This document shows positions 27,701 through 41,760 of a stretch of DNA of 64,000 bases, piece after piece. Position 1 is the first letter of the stretch; every line of letters starts with the position of its first letter. The DNA lies in contig OZ059894.1 in assembly GCA_964057225.1 (NCBI GenBank), positions 24,428,001 through 24,492,000 on the forward strand. The letters are read 5' to 3'. Both the position numbers and the translations under genes were made by a program. The notes below the pieces were generated by a model that saw only the letters and a list, made by a program, of their open reading frames with translations, was not told the DNA's origin and did no database searches. This DNA is from Auanema rhodensis (lineage: Eukaryota > Animalia > Nematoda).

Positions 27701-29499
27701 AAAGAGATGCGGTTTTCAAAATTAGATTCCCCATGTCCATATTAGTCTAAAAACAAATTTTTATTGATATTGGTTCATGGTAACCATGACTTTGAAATTT
27801 ACGTGAACTTTAATTTATGCTAATTAAATGTACACGTGATGTGCACTTGGTATGTAACTCGCTTCACGTGTAAGATAAAGAGATGCGGTTTTCAAAATTA
27901 GATTCCCCATGTTCATATTAGTCTAAAAACAAATTTTTATTGATATTGGTGCATGGTAACCATGACTTTGAAATTTACGTGAACTTTAATTTATGCTAAT
28001 TAAATGTACACGTGATGTGCACTTGGTATGTAACTCGCTTCACGTGAAAGATAAAGAGATGCGGTTTTCAAAATTAGATTTCCCATGTCCATATTAGTCT
28101 AAAAACAAATTTTTATTGATATTGGTTCATGGTAACCATGACTTTGAAATTTACGTGAACTTTAATTTATGCTAATTAAATGTACACGTGATGTGCACTT
28201 GGTATGTAACTCGCTTCACGTGAAAGATAAAGAGATGCGGTTTTCAAAATTAGATTCCCCATGTCCATATTAGTCTAAAAACAAATTTTTATTGATATTG
28301 GTGCATGGTAACCATGACTTTGAAATTTACGTGAACTTTAATTTATGCTAATTAAATGTACACGTGATGTGCACTTGGTATGTAACTCGCTTCACGTGAA
28401 AGATAAAGAGATGCGGTTTTCAAAATTAGATTCCCCATGTCCATATTAGTCTAAAAACAAATTTTTATTGATATTGGTTCATGGTAACCATGACTTTGAA
28501 AATTACGTGAACTTTAATTTATGCTAATTAAATGTACACGTGATGTGCACTTGGTATGTAACTCGCTTCACGTGAAAGATAAAGAGATGCGGTTTTCAAA
28601 ATTAGATTCCCCATGTCCATATTAGTCTAAAAACAAATTTTTATTAATATTGGTTCATGGTAACCATGACTTTGAAATTTACGTGAACTTTAATTTATGC
28701 TAATTAAATGTACACGTGATGTGCACTTGGTATGTAACTCGCTTCACGTGAAAGATAAAGAGATGCGGTTTTTAAAATTAGATTCCCCATGTCCATATTA
28801 GTCTAAAAACAAATTTTTATTGATATTGGTTCATGGTAACCATGACTTTGAAATTTACGTGAACTTTAATTTATGCTAATTAAATGTACACGTGATGTGC
28901 ACTTGGTATGTAACTCGCTTCATGTGAAAGATAAAGAGATGCGGTTTTCAAAATTAGATTCCCCATGTCCATATTAGTCTAAAAACAAATTTTTATTGAT
29001 ATTGGTGCATGGTAACCATGACTTTGAAATTTACGTGAACTTTAATTTATGCTAATTAAATGTACACGTGATGTGCACTTGGTATGTAACTCGCTTCACG
29101 TGAAAGATAAAGAGATGCGGTTTTCAAAATTAGATTCCCCATGTCCATATTAGTCTAAAAACAAATTTTTATTGATATTGGTGCATGGTAACCATGACTT
29201 TGAAATTTACGTGAACTTCAATTTATGCTAATTAAATGTACACGTGATGTGCACTTGGTATGTAACTCGCTTCACGTGAAAGATAAAGAGATGCGGTTTT
29301 CAAAATTAGATTCCCTATGTCCATATTAGTCTAAAAACAAATTTTTACTGATATTGGTTCATGGTAACCATGACTTTGAAATTTACGTGAACTTTAATTT
29401 ATGCTAATTAAATGTACACGTGATGTGCACTTGGTATGTAACTCGCTTCACGTGAAAGATAAAGAGATGCGGTTTTCAAAATTAGATTCCCCATGTCCA

Positions 29500-32400
29500 T
29501 ATTAGTCTAAAAACAAATTTTTATTGATATTGGTGCATGGTAACCATGACTTTGAAATTTACGTGAACTTTAATTTATGCTAATTAAATGTACACGTGAT
29601 GTGCCCTTGGTATGTAACTCGCTTCACGTGAAAGATAAAGAGATGCGGTTTTCAAAATTAGATTCCCCACGTCCATATTAGTCTAAAAACAAATTTTTAT
29701 TGATATTGGTGCATGGTAACCATGACTTTGGAATTTACGTGAACTTTAATTTATGCTAATTAAATGTACACGTGATGTGCACTTGGTATGTAACTCGCTT
29801 CACGTGAAAGATAAAGAGATGCGGTTTTCAAAATTAGATTCCCCATGTCCATATTAGTCTAAAAACAAATTTTTATTGATATTGGTGCATGGTAACCATG
29901 ACTTTGAAATTTACGTGAACTTTAATTTATGCTAATTAAATGTACACGTGATGTGCACTTGGTATGTAACTCGCTTCACGTGAAAGATAAAGAGATGCGG
30001 TTTTCAAAATTAAATTTCCCATGTCCATATCAGTCTAAAAACAAATTTTTATTGATATTGGTGCATGGTAACCATGACTTTGAAATTTACGTGAACTTTA
30101 ATTTATGCTAATTAAATGTACACGTGATGTGCACTTGGTATGTAACTCGCTTCACGTGAAAGATAAAGAGATGCGGTTTTCAAAATTAGATTCCCCACGT
30201 CCATATTAGTCTAAAAACAAATTTTTATTGATATTGGTGCATGGTAACCATGACTTTGAAATTTACGTGAACTTTAATTTATGCTAATTAAATGTACACG
30301 TGATGTGCCCTTGGTATGTAACTCGCTTCACGTGAAAGATAAAGAGATGCGGTTTTCAAAATTAGATTCCCCACGTCCATATTAGTCTAAAAACAAATTT
30401 TTATTGATATTGGTGCATGGTAACCATGACTTTGAAATTTACGTGAACTTTAATTTATGCTAATTAAATGTACACGTGATGTGCACTTGGTATGTAACTC
30501 GCTTCACGTGAAAGATAAAGAGATGCGGTTTTCAAAATTAGATTCCCCATGTCCATATTAGTCTAAAAACAAATTTTTATTGATATTGGTGCATGGTAAC
30601 CATGACTTTGAAATTTACGTGAACTTTAATTTATGCTAATTAAATGTACACGTGATGTGCCCTTGGTATGTAACTCGCTTCACGTGAAAGATAAAGAGAT
30701 GCGGTTTTCAAAATTAGATTCCCCACGTCCATATTAGTCTAAAAACAAATTTTTATTGATATTGGTGCATGGTAACCATGACTTTGAAATTTACGTGAAC
30801 TTTAATTTATGCTAATTAAATGTACACGTGATGTGCACTTGGTATGTAACTCGCTTCACGTGAAAGATAAAGAGATGCGGTTTTCAAAATTAGATTCCCC
30901 ATGTCCATATTAGTCTAAAAACAAATTTTTATTGATATTGGTGCATGGTAACCATGACTTTGAAATTTACGTGAACTTTAATTTATGCTAATTAAATGTA
31001 CACGTGATGTGCACTTGGTATGTAACTCGCTTCACGTGAAAGATAAAGAGATGCGGTTTTCAAAATTAAATTTCCCATGTCCATATCAGTCTAAAAACAA
31101 ATTTTTATTGATATTGGTGCATGGTAACCATGACTTTGAAATTTACGTGAACTTTAATTTATGCTAATTAAATGTACACGTGATGTGCACTTGGTATGTA
31201 ACTCGCTTCACGTGAAAGATAAAGAGATGCGGTTTTCAAAATTAGATTCCCCATGTCCATATTAGTCTAAAAACAAATTTTTATTGATATTGGTTCATGG
31301 TAACCATGACTTTGAAATTTACGTGAACTTTAATTTATGCTAATTAAATGTACACGTGATGTGCCCTTGGTATGTAACTCGCTTCACGTGAAAGATAAAG
31401 AGATGCGGTTTTCAAAATTAGATTCCCCATGTCCATATTAGTCTAAAAACAAATTTTTATTGATATTGGTGCATGGTAACCATGACTTTGAAATTTACGT
31501 GAACTTTAATTTATGCTAATTAAATGTACACGTGATGTGCACTTGGTATGTAACTCGCTTCACGTGAAAGATAAAGAGATGCGGTTTTCAAAATTAGATT
31601 CCCCATGTCCATATTAGTCTAAAAACAAATTTTTATTGATATTGGTGCATGGTAACCATGACTTTGAAATTTACGTGAACTTTAATTTATGCTAATTAAA
31701 TGTACACGTGATGTGCACTTGGTATGTAACTCGCTTCACGTGAAAGATAAAGAGATGCGGTTTTCAAAATTAAATTTCCCATGTCCATATCAGTCTAAAA
31801 ACAAATTTTTATTGATATTGGTGCATGGTAACCATGACTTTGAAATTTACGTGAACTTTAATTTATGCTAATTAAATGTACACGTGATGTGCACTTGGTA
31901 TGTAACTCGCTTCACGTGAAAGATAAAGAGATGCGGTTTTCAAAATTAGATTCCCCACGTCCATATTAGTCTAAAAACAAATTTTTATTGATATTGGTGC
32001 ATGGTAACCATGACTTTGAAATTTACGTGAACTTTAATTTATGCTAATTAAATGTACACGTGATGTGCCCTTGGTATGTAACTCGCTTCACGTGAAAGAT
32101 AAAGAGATGCGGTTTTCAAAATTAGATTCCCCACGTCCATATTAGTCTAAAAACAAATTTTTATTGATATTGGTGCATGGTAACCATGACTTTGAAATTT
32201 ACGTGAACTTTAATTTATGCTAATTAAATGTACACGTGATGTGCACTTGGTATGTAACTCGCTTCACGTGAAAGATAAAGAGATGCGGTTTTCAAAATTA
32301 GATTCCCCATGTCCATATTAGTCTAAAAACAAATTTTTATTGATATTGGTGCATGGTAACCATGACTTTGAAATTTACGTGAACTTTAATTTATGCTAAT

Positions 32401-33200
32401 TAAATGTACACGTGATGTGCCCTTGGTATGTAACTCGCTTCACGTGAAAGATAAAGAGATGCGGTTTTCAAAATTAGATTCCCCACGTCCATATTAGTCT
32501 AAAAACAAATTTTTATTGATATTGGTGCATGGTAACCATGACTTTGAAATTTACGTGAACTTTAATTTATGCTAATTAAATGTACACGTGATGTGCACTT
32601 GGTATGTAACTCGCTTCACGTGAAAGATAAAGAGATGCGGTTTTCAAAATTAGATTCCCCATGTCCATATTAGTCTAAAAACAAATTTTTATTGATATTG
32701 GTGCATGGTAACCATGACTTTGAAATTTACGTGAACTTTAATTTATGCTAATTAAATGTACACGTGATGTGCACTTGGTATGTAACTCGCTTCACGTGAA
32801 AGATAAAGAGATGCGGTTTTCAAAATTAAATTTCCCATGTCCATATCAGTCTAAAAACAAATTTTTATTGATATTGGTGCATGGTAACCATGACTTTGAA
32901 ATTTACGTGAACTTTAATTTATGCTAATTAAATGTACACGTGATGTGCACTTGGTATGTAACTCGCTTCACGTGAAAGATAAAGAGATGCGGTTTTCAAA
33001 ATTAGATTCCCCATGTCCATATTAGTCTAAAAACAAATTTTTATTGATATTGGTTCATGGTAACCATGACTTTGAAATTTACGTGAACTTTAATTTATGC
33101 TAATTAAATGTACACGTGATGTGCACTTGGTATGTAACTCGCTTCACGTGAAAGATAAAGAGATGCGGTTTTCAAAATTAGATTCCCCATGTCCATATTA
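29500..33200. repeat. Tandem duplication of a 10-monomer (1760 bp) block with an internal 6-monomer spacing; boundaries approximate
   Basis: TAG>CAG read-through monomers give ORFs at 29929/31689 and 30985/32745 (1760 apart; 1056 within a copy). GTGCCCTT occurs at 30309/32069 and 30661/32421. Confidence 0.88.
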
Positions 33201-36200
33201 GTCTAAAAACAAATTTTTATTGATATTGGTTCATGGTAACCATGACTTTGAAATTTACGTGAACTTTAATTTATGCTAATTAAATGTACACGTGATGTGC
33301 ACTTGGTATGTAACTCGCTTCACGTGAAAGATAAAGAGATGCGGTTTTCAAAATTAGATTCCCCATGTCCATATTAGTCTAAAAACAAATTTTTATTGAT
33401 ATTGGTGCATGGTAACCATGACTTTGAAATTTACGTGAACTTTAATTTATGCTAATTAAATGTACACGTGATGTGCACTTGGTATGTAACTCGCTTCACG
33501 TGAAAGATAAAGAGATGCGGTTTTCAAAATTAGATTCCCCATGTCCATATTAGTCTAAAAACAAATTTTTATTGATATTGGTTCATGGTAACCATGACTT
33601 TGAAATTTACGTGAACTTCAATTTATGCTAATTAAATGTACACGTGATGTGCACTTGGTATGTAACTCGCTTCACGTGAAAGATGAAGAGATGCGGTTTT
33701 CAAAATTAGATTCCCTATGTCCATATTAGTCTAAAAACAAATTTTTTTTGATATTGGTTCATGGTAACCATGACTTTGAAATTTACGTGAACTTTAATTT
33801 ATGCTAATTAAATGTACACGTGATGTGCACTTGGTATGTAACTCGCTTCACGTGAAAGATAAAAAGATGCGGTTTTCAAAATTAAATTTCCCATGTCCAT
33901 ATTAGTCTAAAAACAAATTTTTATTGATATTGGTGCATGGTAACCATGACTTTGAAATTTACGTGAACTTTAATTTATGCTAATTAAATGTACACGTGAT
34001 GTGCACTTGGTATGTAACTCGCTTCACGTGAAAGATAAAGAGATGCGGTTTTCAAAATTAGATTCCCCATGTCCATATTAGTCTAAAAACAAATTTTTAT
34101 TGATATTGGTTCATGGTAACCATGATTTTGAAATTTACGTGAACTTTAATTTATGCTAATTAAATGTACACGTGATGTGCACTTGGTATGTAACTCGCTT
34201 CACGTGAAAGATAAAGAGATGCGGTTTTCAAAATTAGATTCCCCATGTCCATATTAGTCTAAAAACAAATTTTTATTGATATTGGTGCATGGTAACCATG
34301 ACTTTGAAATTTACGTGAACTTTAATTTATGCTAATTAAATGTACACGTGATGGGCACTTGGTATGTAACTCGCTTCACGTGAAAGATAAAGAGATGCGG
34401 TTTTCAAAATTAGATTCCCCATGTCCATATTAGTCTAAAAACAAATTTTTATTGATATTGGTGCATGGTAACCATGACTTTGAAATTTACGTGAATTTTA
34501 ATTTATGCTAATTAAATGTACACGTGATGTGCACTTGGTATGTAACTAGCTTCACGTGAAAGATAAAGAGATGCGGTTTCCAAAATTAGATTCCCCATGT
34601 CCATATTAGTCTAAAAACAAATTTTTATTGATATTGGTGCATGGTAACCATGACTTTGAAATTTACGTGAACTTCAATTTATGCTAATTAAATGTACACG
34701 TGATGTGCACTTGGTATGTAACTCGCTTCACGTGAAAGATAAAGAGATATGGTTTTCAAAATTAGATTCCCCATGTCCATATTAGTCTAAAAACAAATTT
34801 TTATTGGTATTGGTGCATGGTAACCATGACTTTGAAATTTACGTGAACTTTAATTTATGCTAATTAAATGTACACGTGATGTGCACTTGGTATGTAACTC
34901 GCTTCACGTGAAAGATAAAGAGATGCGGTTTTCAAAATTAAATTTCCCATGTCCATATTAGTCTAAAAACAAATTTTTATTGATATTGGTGCATGGTAAC
35001 CATGACTTTGAAATTTACGTGAACTTTAATTTATGCTAATTAAATGTACACGTGATGTGCACTTGGTATGTATCTCGCTTCACGTGAAAGATAAAGAGAT
35101 GCGGTTTTCAAAATTAGATTCCCCATGTCCATATTAGTCTAAAAACAAATTTTTATTGGTATTGGTGCATGGTAACCATGACTTTGAAATTTACGTGAAC
35201 TTTAATTTATGCTAATTAAATGTACACGTGATGTGCACTTGGTATGTAACTCGCTTCACGTGAAAGATAAAGAGATGCGGTTTTCAAAATTAAATTTCCC
35301 ATGTCCATATTAGTCTAAAAACAAATTTTTATTGATATTGGTGCATGGTAACCATGACTTTGAAATTTACGTGAACTTTAATTTATGCTAATTAAATGTA
35401 CACGTGATGTGCACTTGGTATGTATCTCGCTTCACGTGAAAGATAAAGAGATGCGGTTTTCAAAATTAGATTCCCCATGTCCATATTAGTCTAAAAACAA
35501 ATTTTTATTGATATTGGTTCATGGTAACCATGACTTTGAAATTTACGTGAACTTTAATTTATGCTAATTAAATGTACACGTGATGTGCACTTGGTATGTA
35601 ACTCGCTTCACGTGAAAGATAAAGAGATGCGGTTTTCAAAATTAGATTCCCCATGTCCATATTAGTCTAAAAACAAATTTTTATTGATATTGGTTCATGG
35701 TAACCATGACTTTGAAATTTACGTGAACTTTAATTTATGCTAATTAAATGTACACGTGATGTGCACTTGGTATGTAACTCGCTTCACGTAAAAGATAAAG
35801 AGATGCGGTTTTCAAAATTAGATTCCCCATGTCCATATTAGTCTAAAAACAAATTTTTATTGATATTGGTGCATGGTAACCATGACTTTGAAATTTACGT
35901 GAACTTTAATTTATGCTAATTAAATGTACACGTGATGTGCACTTGGTATGTAACTCGCTTCACGTGAAAGATAAAGAGATGCGGTTTTCAAAATTAGATT
36001 CCCCATGTCCATATTAGTCTAAAAACAAATTTTTATTGATATTGGTTCATGGTAACCATGACTTTGAAATTTACGTGAACTTTAATTTATGCTAATTAAA
36101 TGTACACGTGATGTGCACTTGGTATGTAACTCGCTTCACGTGAAAGATAAAGAGATGCGGTTTTCAAAATTAGATTCCCCATGTCCATATTAGTCTAAAA

Positions 36201-39200
36201 ACAAATTTTTATTGATATTGGTGCATGGTAACCATGACTTTGAAATTTACGTGAACTTTAATTTATGCTAATTAAATGTACACGTGATGTGCACTTGGTA
36301 TGTAACTCGCTTCACGTGAAAGATAAAGAGATGCGGTTTTCAAAATTAGATTCCCCATGTCCATATTAGTCTAAAAACAAATTTTTATTGATATTGGTTC
36401 ATGGTAACCATGACTTTGAAATTTACGTGAACTTTAATTTATGCTAATTAAATGTACACGTGATGTGCACTTGGTATGTAACTCGCTTCACGTGAAAGAT
36501 AAAGAGATGCGGTTTTCAAAATTAGATTCCCCATGTCCATATTAGTCTAAAAACAAATTTTTATTGATATTGGTGCATGGTAACCATGACTTTGAAATTT
36601 ACGTGAACTTTAATTTATGCTAATTAAATGTACACGTGATGTGCACTTGGTATGTAACTCGCTTCACGTGAAAGATAAAGAGATGCGGTTTTCAAAATTA
36701 GATTCCCCATGTCCATATTAGTCTAAAAACAAATTTTTATTGATATTGGTGCATGGTAACCATGACTTTGAAATTTACGGGAACTTTAATTTATGCTAAT
36801 TAAATGTACACGTGATGTGCACTTGGTATGTAACTCGCTTCACGTGAAAGATAAAGAGATGCGGTTTTCAAAATTAAATTTCCCATGTCCATATTAGTCT
36901 AAAAACAAATTTTTATTGATATTGGTGCATGGTAACCATGACTTTGAAATTTACGTGAACTTTAATTTATGCTAATTAAATGTACACGTGATGTGCACTT
37001 GGTATGTATCTCGCTTCACGTGAAAGATAAAGAGATGCGGTTTTCAAAATTAGATTCCCCATGTCCATATTAGTCTAAAAACAAATTTTTATTGATATTG
37101 GTTCATGGTAACCATGACTTTGAAATTTACGTGAACTTTAATTTATGCTAATTAAATGTACACGTGATGTGCACTTGGTATGTAACTCGCTTCACGTGAA
37201 AGATAAAGAGATGCGGTTTTCAAAATTAGATTCCCCATGTCCATATTAGTCTAAAAACAAATTTTTATTGATATTGGTTCATGGTAACCATGACTTTGAA
37301 ATTTACGTGAACTTTAATTTATGCTAATTAAATGTACACGTGATGTGCACTTGGTATGTAACTCGCTTCACGTGAAAGATAAAGAGATGCGGTTTTCAAA
37401 ATTAGATTCCCCATGTCCATATTAGTCTAAAAACAAATTTTTATTGATATTGGTGCATGGTAACCATGACTTTGAAATTTACGTGAACTTTAATTTATGC
37501 TAATTAAATGTACACGTGATGTGCACTTGGTATGTAACTCGCTTCACGTGAAAGATAAAGAGATGCGGTTTTCAAAATTTGATTCCCCATGTCCATATTA
37601 GTCTAAAAACAAATTTTTATTGATATTGGTTCATGGTAACCATGACTTTGAAATTTACGTGAACTTTAATTTATGCTAATTAAATGTACACGTGATGTGC
37701 ACTTGGTATGTAACTCGCTTCACGTGAAAGATAAAGAGATGCGGTTTTCAAAATTAGATTCCCCATGTCCATATTAGTCTAAAAACAAATTTTTATTGAT
37801 ATTGGTTCATGGTAACCATGACTTTGAAATTTACGTGAACTTTAATTTATGCTAATTAAATGTACACGTGATGTGCACTTGGTATGTATTTTGCTTCACG
37901 TGAAAGATAAAGAGATGCGGTTTTCAAAATTAGATTCCCCATGTCCATATTAGTCTAAAAACAAATTTGTATTGATATTGGTGCATGGTAACCATGACTT
38001 TGAAATTTACGTGAACTTTAATTTATGCTAATTAAATGTACACGTGATGTGCACTTGGTATGTAACTCGCTTCACGTGAAAGATAAAGAGATGCGGTTTT
38101 CAAAATTAGATTCCCCATGTCCATATTAGTCTAAAAACAAATTTTTATTGATATTGGTTCATGGTAACCATGACTTTGAAATTTACGTGAACTTTAATTT
38201 ATGCTAATTAAATGTACACGTGATGTGCACTTGGTATGTAACTCGCTTCACGTGAAAGATAAAGAGATGCGGTTTTCAAAATTAGATTCCCCATGTCCAT
38301 ATTAGTCTAAAAACAAATTTTTATTGATATTGGTGCATGGTAACCATGACTTTGAAATTTACGTGAACTTTAATTTATGCTAATTAAATGTACACGTGAT
38401 GTGCACTTGGTATGTAACTCGCTTCACGTGAAAGATAAAGAGATGCGGTTTTCAAAATTAGATTCCCCATGTCCATATTAGTCTAAAAACAAATTTTTAT
38501 TGATATTGGTGCATGGTAACCATGACTTTGAAATTTACGTGAACTTCAATTTATGCTAATTAAATGTACACGTGATGTGCACTTGGTATGTAACTCGCTT
38601 CACGTGAAAGATGAAGAGATGCGGTTTTCAAAATTAGATTCCCTATGTCCATATTAGTCTAAAAACAAATTTTTATTGATATTGGTGCATGGTAACCATG
38701 ACTTTGAAATTTACGTGAACTTTAATTTATGCTAATTAAATGTACACGTAATGTGCACTTGGTATGTAACTCGCTTCACGTGAAAGATAAAGAGATGCGG
38801 TTTTCAAAATTAGATTCCCCATGTCCATATTAGTCTAAAAACAAATTTTTATTGATATTGGTGCATGGTAACCATGACTTTGAAATTTACGTGAACTTTA
38901 ATTTATGCTAATTAAATGTACACGTAATGTGCACTTGGTATGTAACTCGCTTCACGTGAAAGATAAAGAGATGCGGTTTTCAAAATTAGATTCCCCATGT
39001 CCATATTAGTCTAAAAACAAATTTTTATTGATATTGGTTCATGGTAACCATGATTTTGAAATTTACGTGAACTTTAATTTATGCTAATTAAATGTACACG
39101 TGATGTGCACTTGGTATGTAACTCGCTTCACGTGAAAGATAAAGAGATGCGGTTTTCAAAATTAGATTCCCCATGTCCATATTAGTCTAAAAACAAATTT

Positions 39201-39599
39201 TTATTGATATTGGTGCATGGTAACCATGACTTTGAAATTTACGTGAACTTTAATTTATGCTAATTAAATGTACACGTGATGTGCACTTGGTATGTAACTC
39301 GCTTCACGTGAAAGATAAAGAGATGCGGTTTTCAAAATTAGATTCCCCATGTCCATATTAGTCTAAAAACAAATTTTTATTGATATTGGTGCATGGTAAC
39401 CATGACTTTGAAATTTACGTGAACTTTAATTTATGCTAATTAAATGTACACGTGATGTGCACTTGGTATGTAACTCGCTTCACGTGAAAGATAAAGAGAT
39501 GCGGTTTTCAAAATTAGATTCCCCATGTCCATATTAGTCTAAAAACAAATTTTTATTGATATTGGTGCATGGTAACCATGACTTTGAAATTTACGTGAA

Positions 39600-41740
39600 C
39601 TTTAATTTATGCTAATTAAATGTACACGTGATGTGCACTTGGTATGTAACTCGCTTCACGTGAAAGATAAAGAGATGCGGTTTTCAAAATTAAATTTCCC
39701 ATGTCCATATTAGTCTAAAAACAAATTTTTATTGATATTGGTGCATGGTAACCATGACTTTGAAATTTACGTGAACTTTAATTTATGCTAATTAAATGTA
39801 CACGTGATGTGCACTTGGTATGTAACTCGCTTCACGTGAAAGATAAAGAGATGCGGTTTTCAAAATTAGATTCCCCATGTCCATATTAGTCTAAAAACAA
39901 ATTTTTATTGATATTGGTTCATGGTAACCATGACTTTGAAATTTACGTGAACTTTAATTTATGCTAATTAAATGTACACGTGATGTGCACTTGGTATGTA
40001 ACTCGCTTCACGTGAAAGATAAAGAGATGCGGTTTTCAAAATTAGATTCCCCATGTCCATATTAGTCTAAAAACAAATTTATATTGATATTGGTGCATGG
40101 TAACCATGACTTTGAAATTTACGTGAACTTTAATTTATGCTAATTAAATGTACACGTGATGTGCACTTGGTATGTAACTCGCTTCACGTGAAAGATAAAG
40201 AGATGCGGTTTTCAAAATTAGATTCCCCATGTCCATATTAGTCTAAAAACAAATTTTTATTGATATTGGTTCATGGTAACCATGACTTTGAAATTTACGT
40301 GAACTTCAATTTATGCTAATTAAATGTACACGTGATGTGCACTTGGTATGTAACTCGCTTCACGTGAAAGATGAAGAGATGCGGTTTTCAAAATTAGATT
40401 CCCTATGTCCATATTAGTCTCAAAACAAATTTTTATTGATATTGGTTCATGGTAACCATGACTTTGAAATTTACGTGAACTTTAATTTATGCTAATTAAA
40501 TGTACACGTGATGTGCACTTGGTATGTAACTCGCTTCACGTGAAAGATAAAGAGATGCGGTTTTCAAAATTAGATTCCCCATGTCCATATTAGTTCATGG
40601 TAACCATGACTTTGAAATTTACGTGAACTTTAATTTATGCTAATTAAATGTACACGTGATGTGCACTTGGTATGTAACTCGCTTCACGTGAAAGATAAAG
40701 AGATGCGGTTTTCAAAATTAAATTTCCCATGTCCATATTAGTCTAAAAACAAATTTTTATTGATATTGGTGCATGGTAACCATGACTTTGAAATTTACGT
40801 GAACTTTAATTTATGCTAATTAAATGTACACGTGATGTGCACTTGGTATGTAACTCGCTTCACGTGAAAGATAAAGAGATGCGGTTTTCAAAATTAGATT
40901 CCCCATGTCCATATTAGTCTAAAAACAAATTTTTATTGATATTGGTTCATGGTAACCATGACTTTGAAATTTACGTGAACTTTAATTTATGCTAATTAAA
41001 TGTACACGTGATGTGCACTTGGTATGTAACTCGCTTCACGTGAAAGATAAAGAGATGCGGTTTTCAAAATTAGATTCCCCATGTCCATATTAGTCTAAAA
41101 ACAAATTTATATTGATATTGGTGCATGGTAACCATGACTTTGAAATTTACGTGAACTTTAATTTATGCTAATTAAATGTACACGTGATGTGCACTTGGTA
41201 TGTAACTCGCTTCACGTGAAAGATAAAGAGATGCGGTTTTCAAAATTAGATTCCCCATGTCCATATTAGTCTAAAAACAAATTTTTATTGATATTGGTTC
41301 ATGGTAACCATGACTTTGAAATTTACGTGAACTTCAATTTATGCTAATTAAATGTACACGTGATGTGCACTTGGTATGTAACTCGCTTCACGTGAAAGAT
41401 GAAGAGATGCGGTTTTCAAAATTAGATTCCCTATGTCCATATTAGTCTCAAAACAAATTTTTATTGATATTGGTTCATGGTAACCATGACTTTGAAATTT
41501 ACGTGAACTTTAATTTATGCTAATTAAATGTACACGTGATGTGCACTTGGTATGTAACTCGCTTCACGTGAAAGATAAAGAGATGCGGTTTTCAAAATTA
41601 GATTCCCCATGTCCATATTAGTTCATGGTAACCATGACTTTGAAATTTACGTGAACTTTAATTTATGCTAATTAAATGTACACGTGATGTGCACTTGGTA
41701 TGTAACTCGCTTCACGTGAAAGATAAAGAGATGCGGTTTT
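39600..41740. repeat. Tandem duplication of a 6-monomer (1028 bp) block; boundaries approximate
   Basis: G165A 39693/40721, ATTTATATT 40081/41109, GTCTCAAAA 40421/41449 and deletion junctions 40594/41622 are offset by 1028 = 5x176+148. Confidence 0.92.
40585..40732. repeat. Truncated 148-bp monomer (28-bp deletion of monomer positions 11-38), copy 1
   Basis: Junction CCATATTAGT|TCATGG at 40594/40595; next monomer starts at 40733. Confidence 0.96.
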
Positions 41741-41760
41741 CAAAATTAGATTCCCCATGT
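41613..41760. repeat. Truncated 148-bp monomer (same 28-bp deletion), copy 2
   Basis: Identical junction at 41622/41623; next monomer starts at 41761. Confidence 0.96.
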
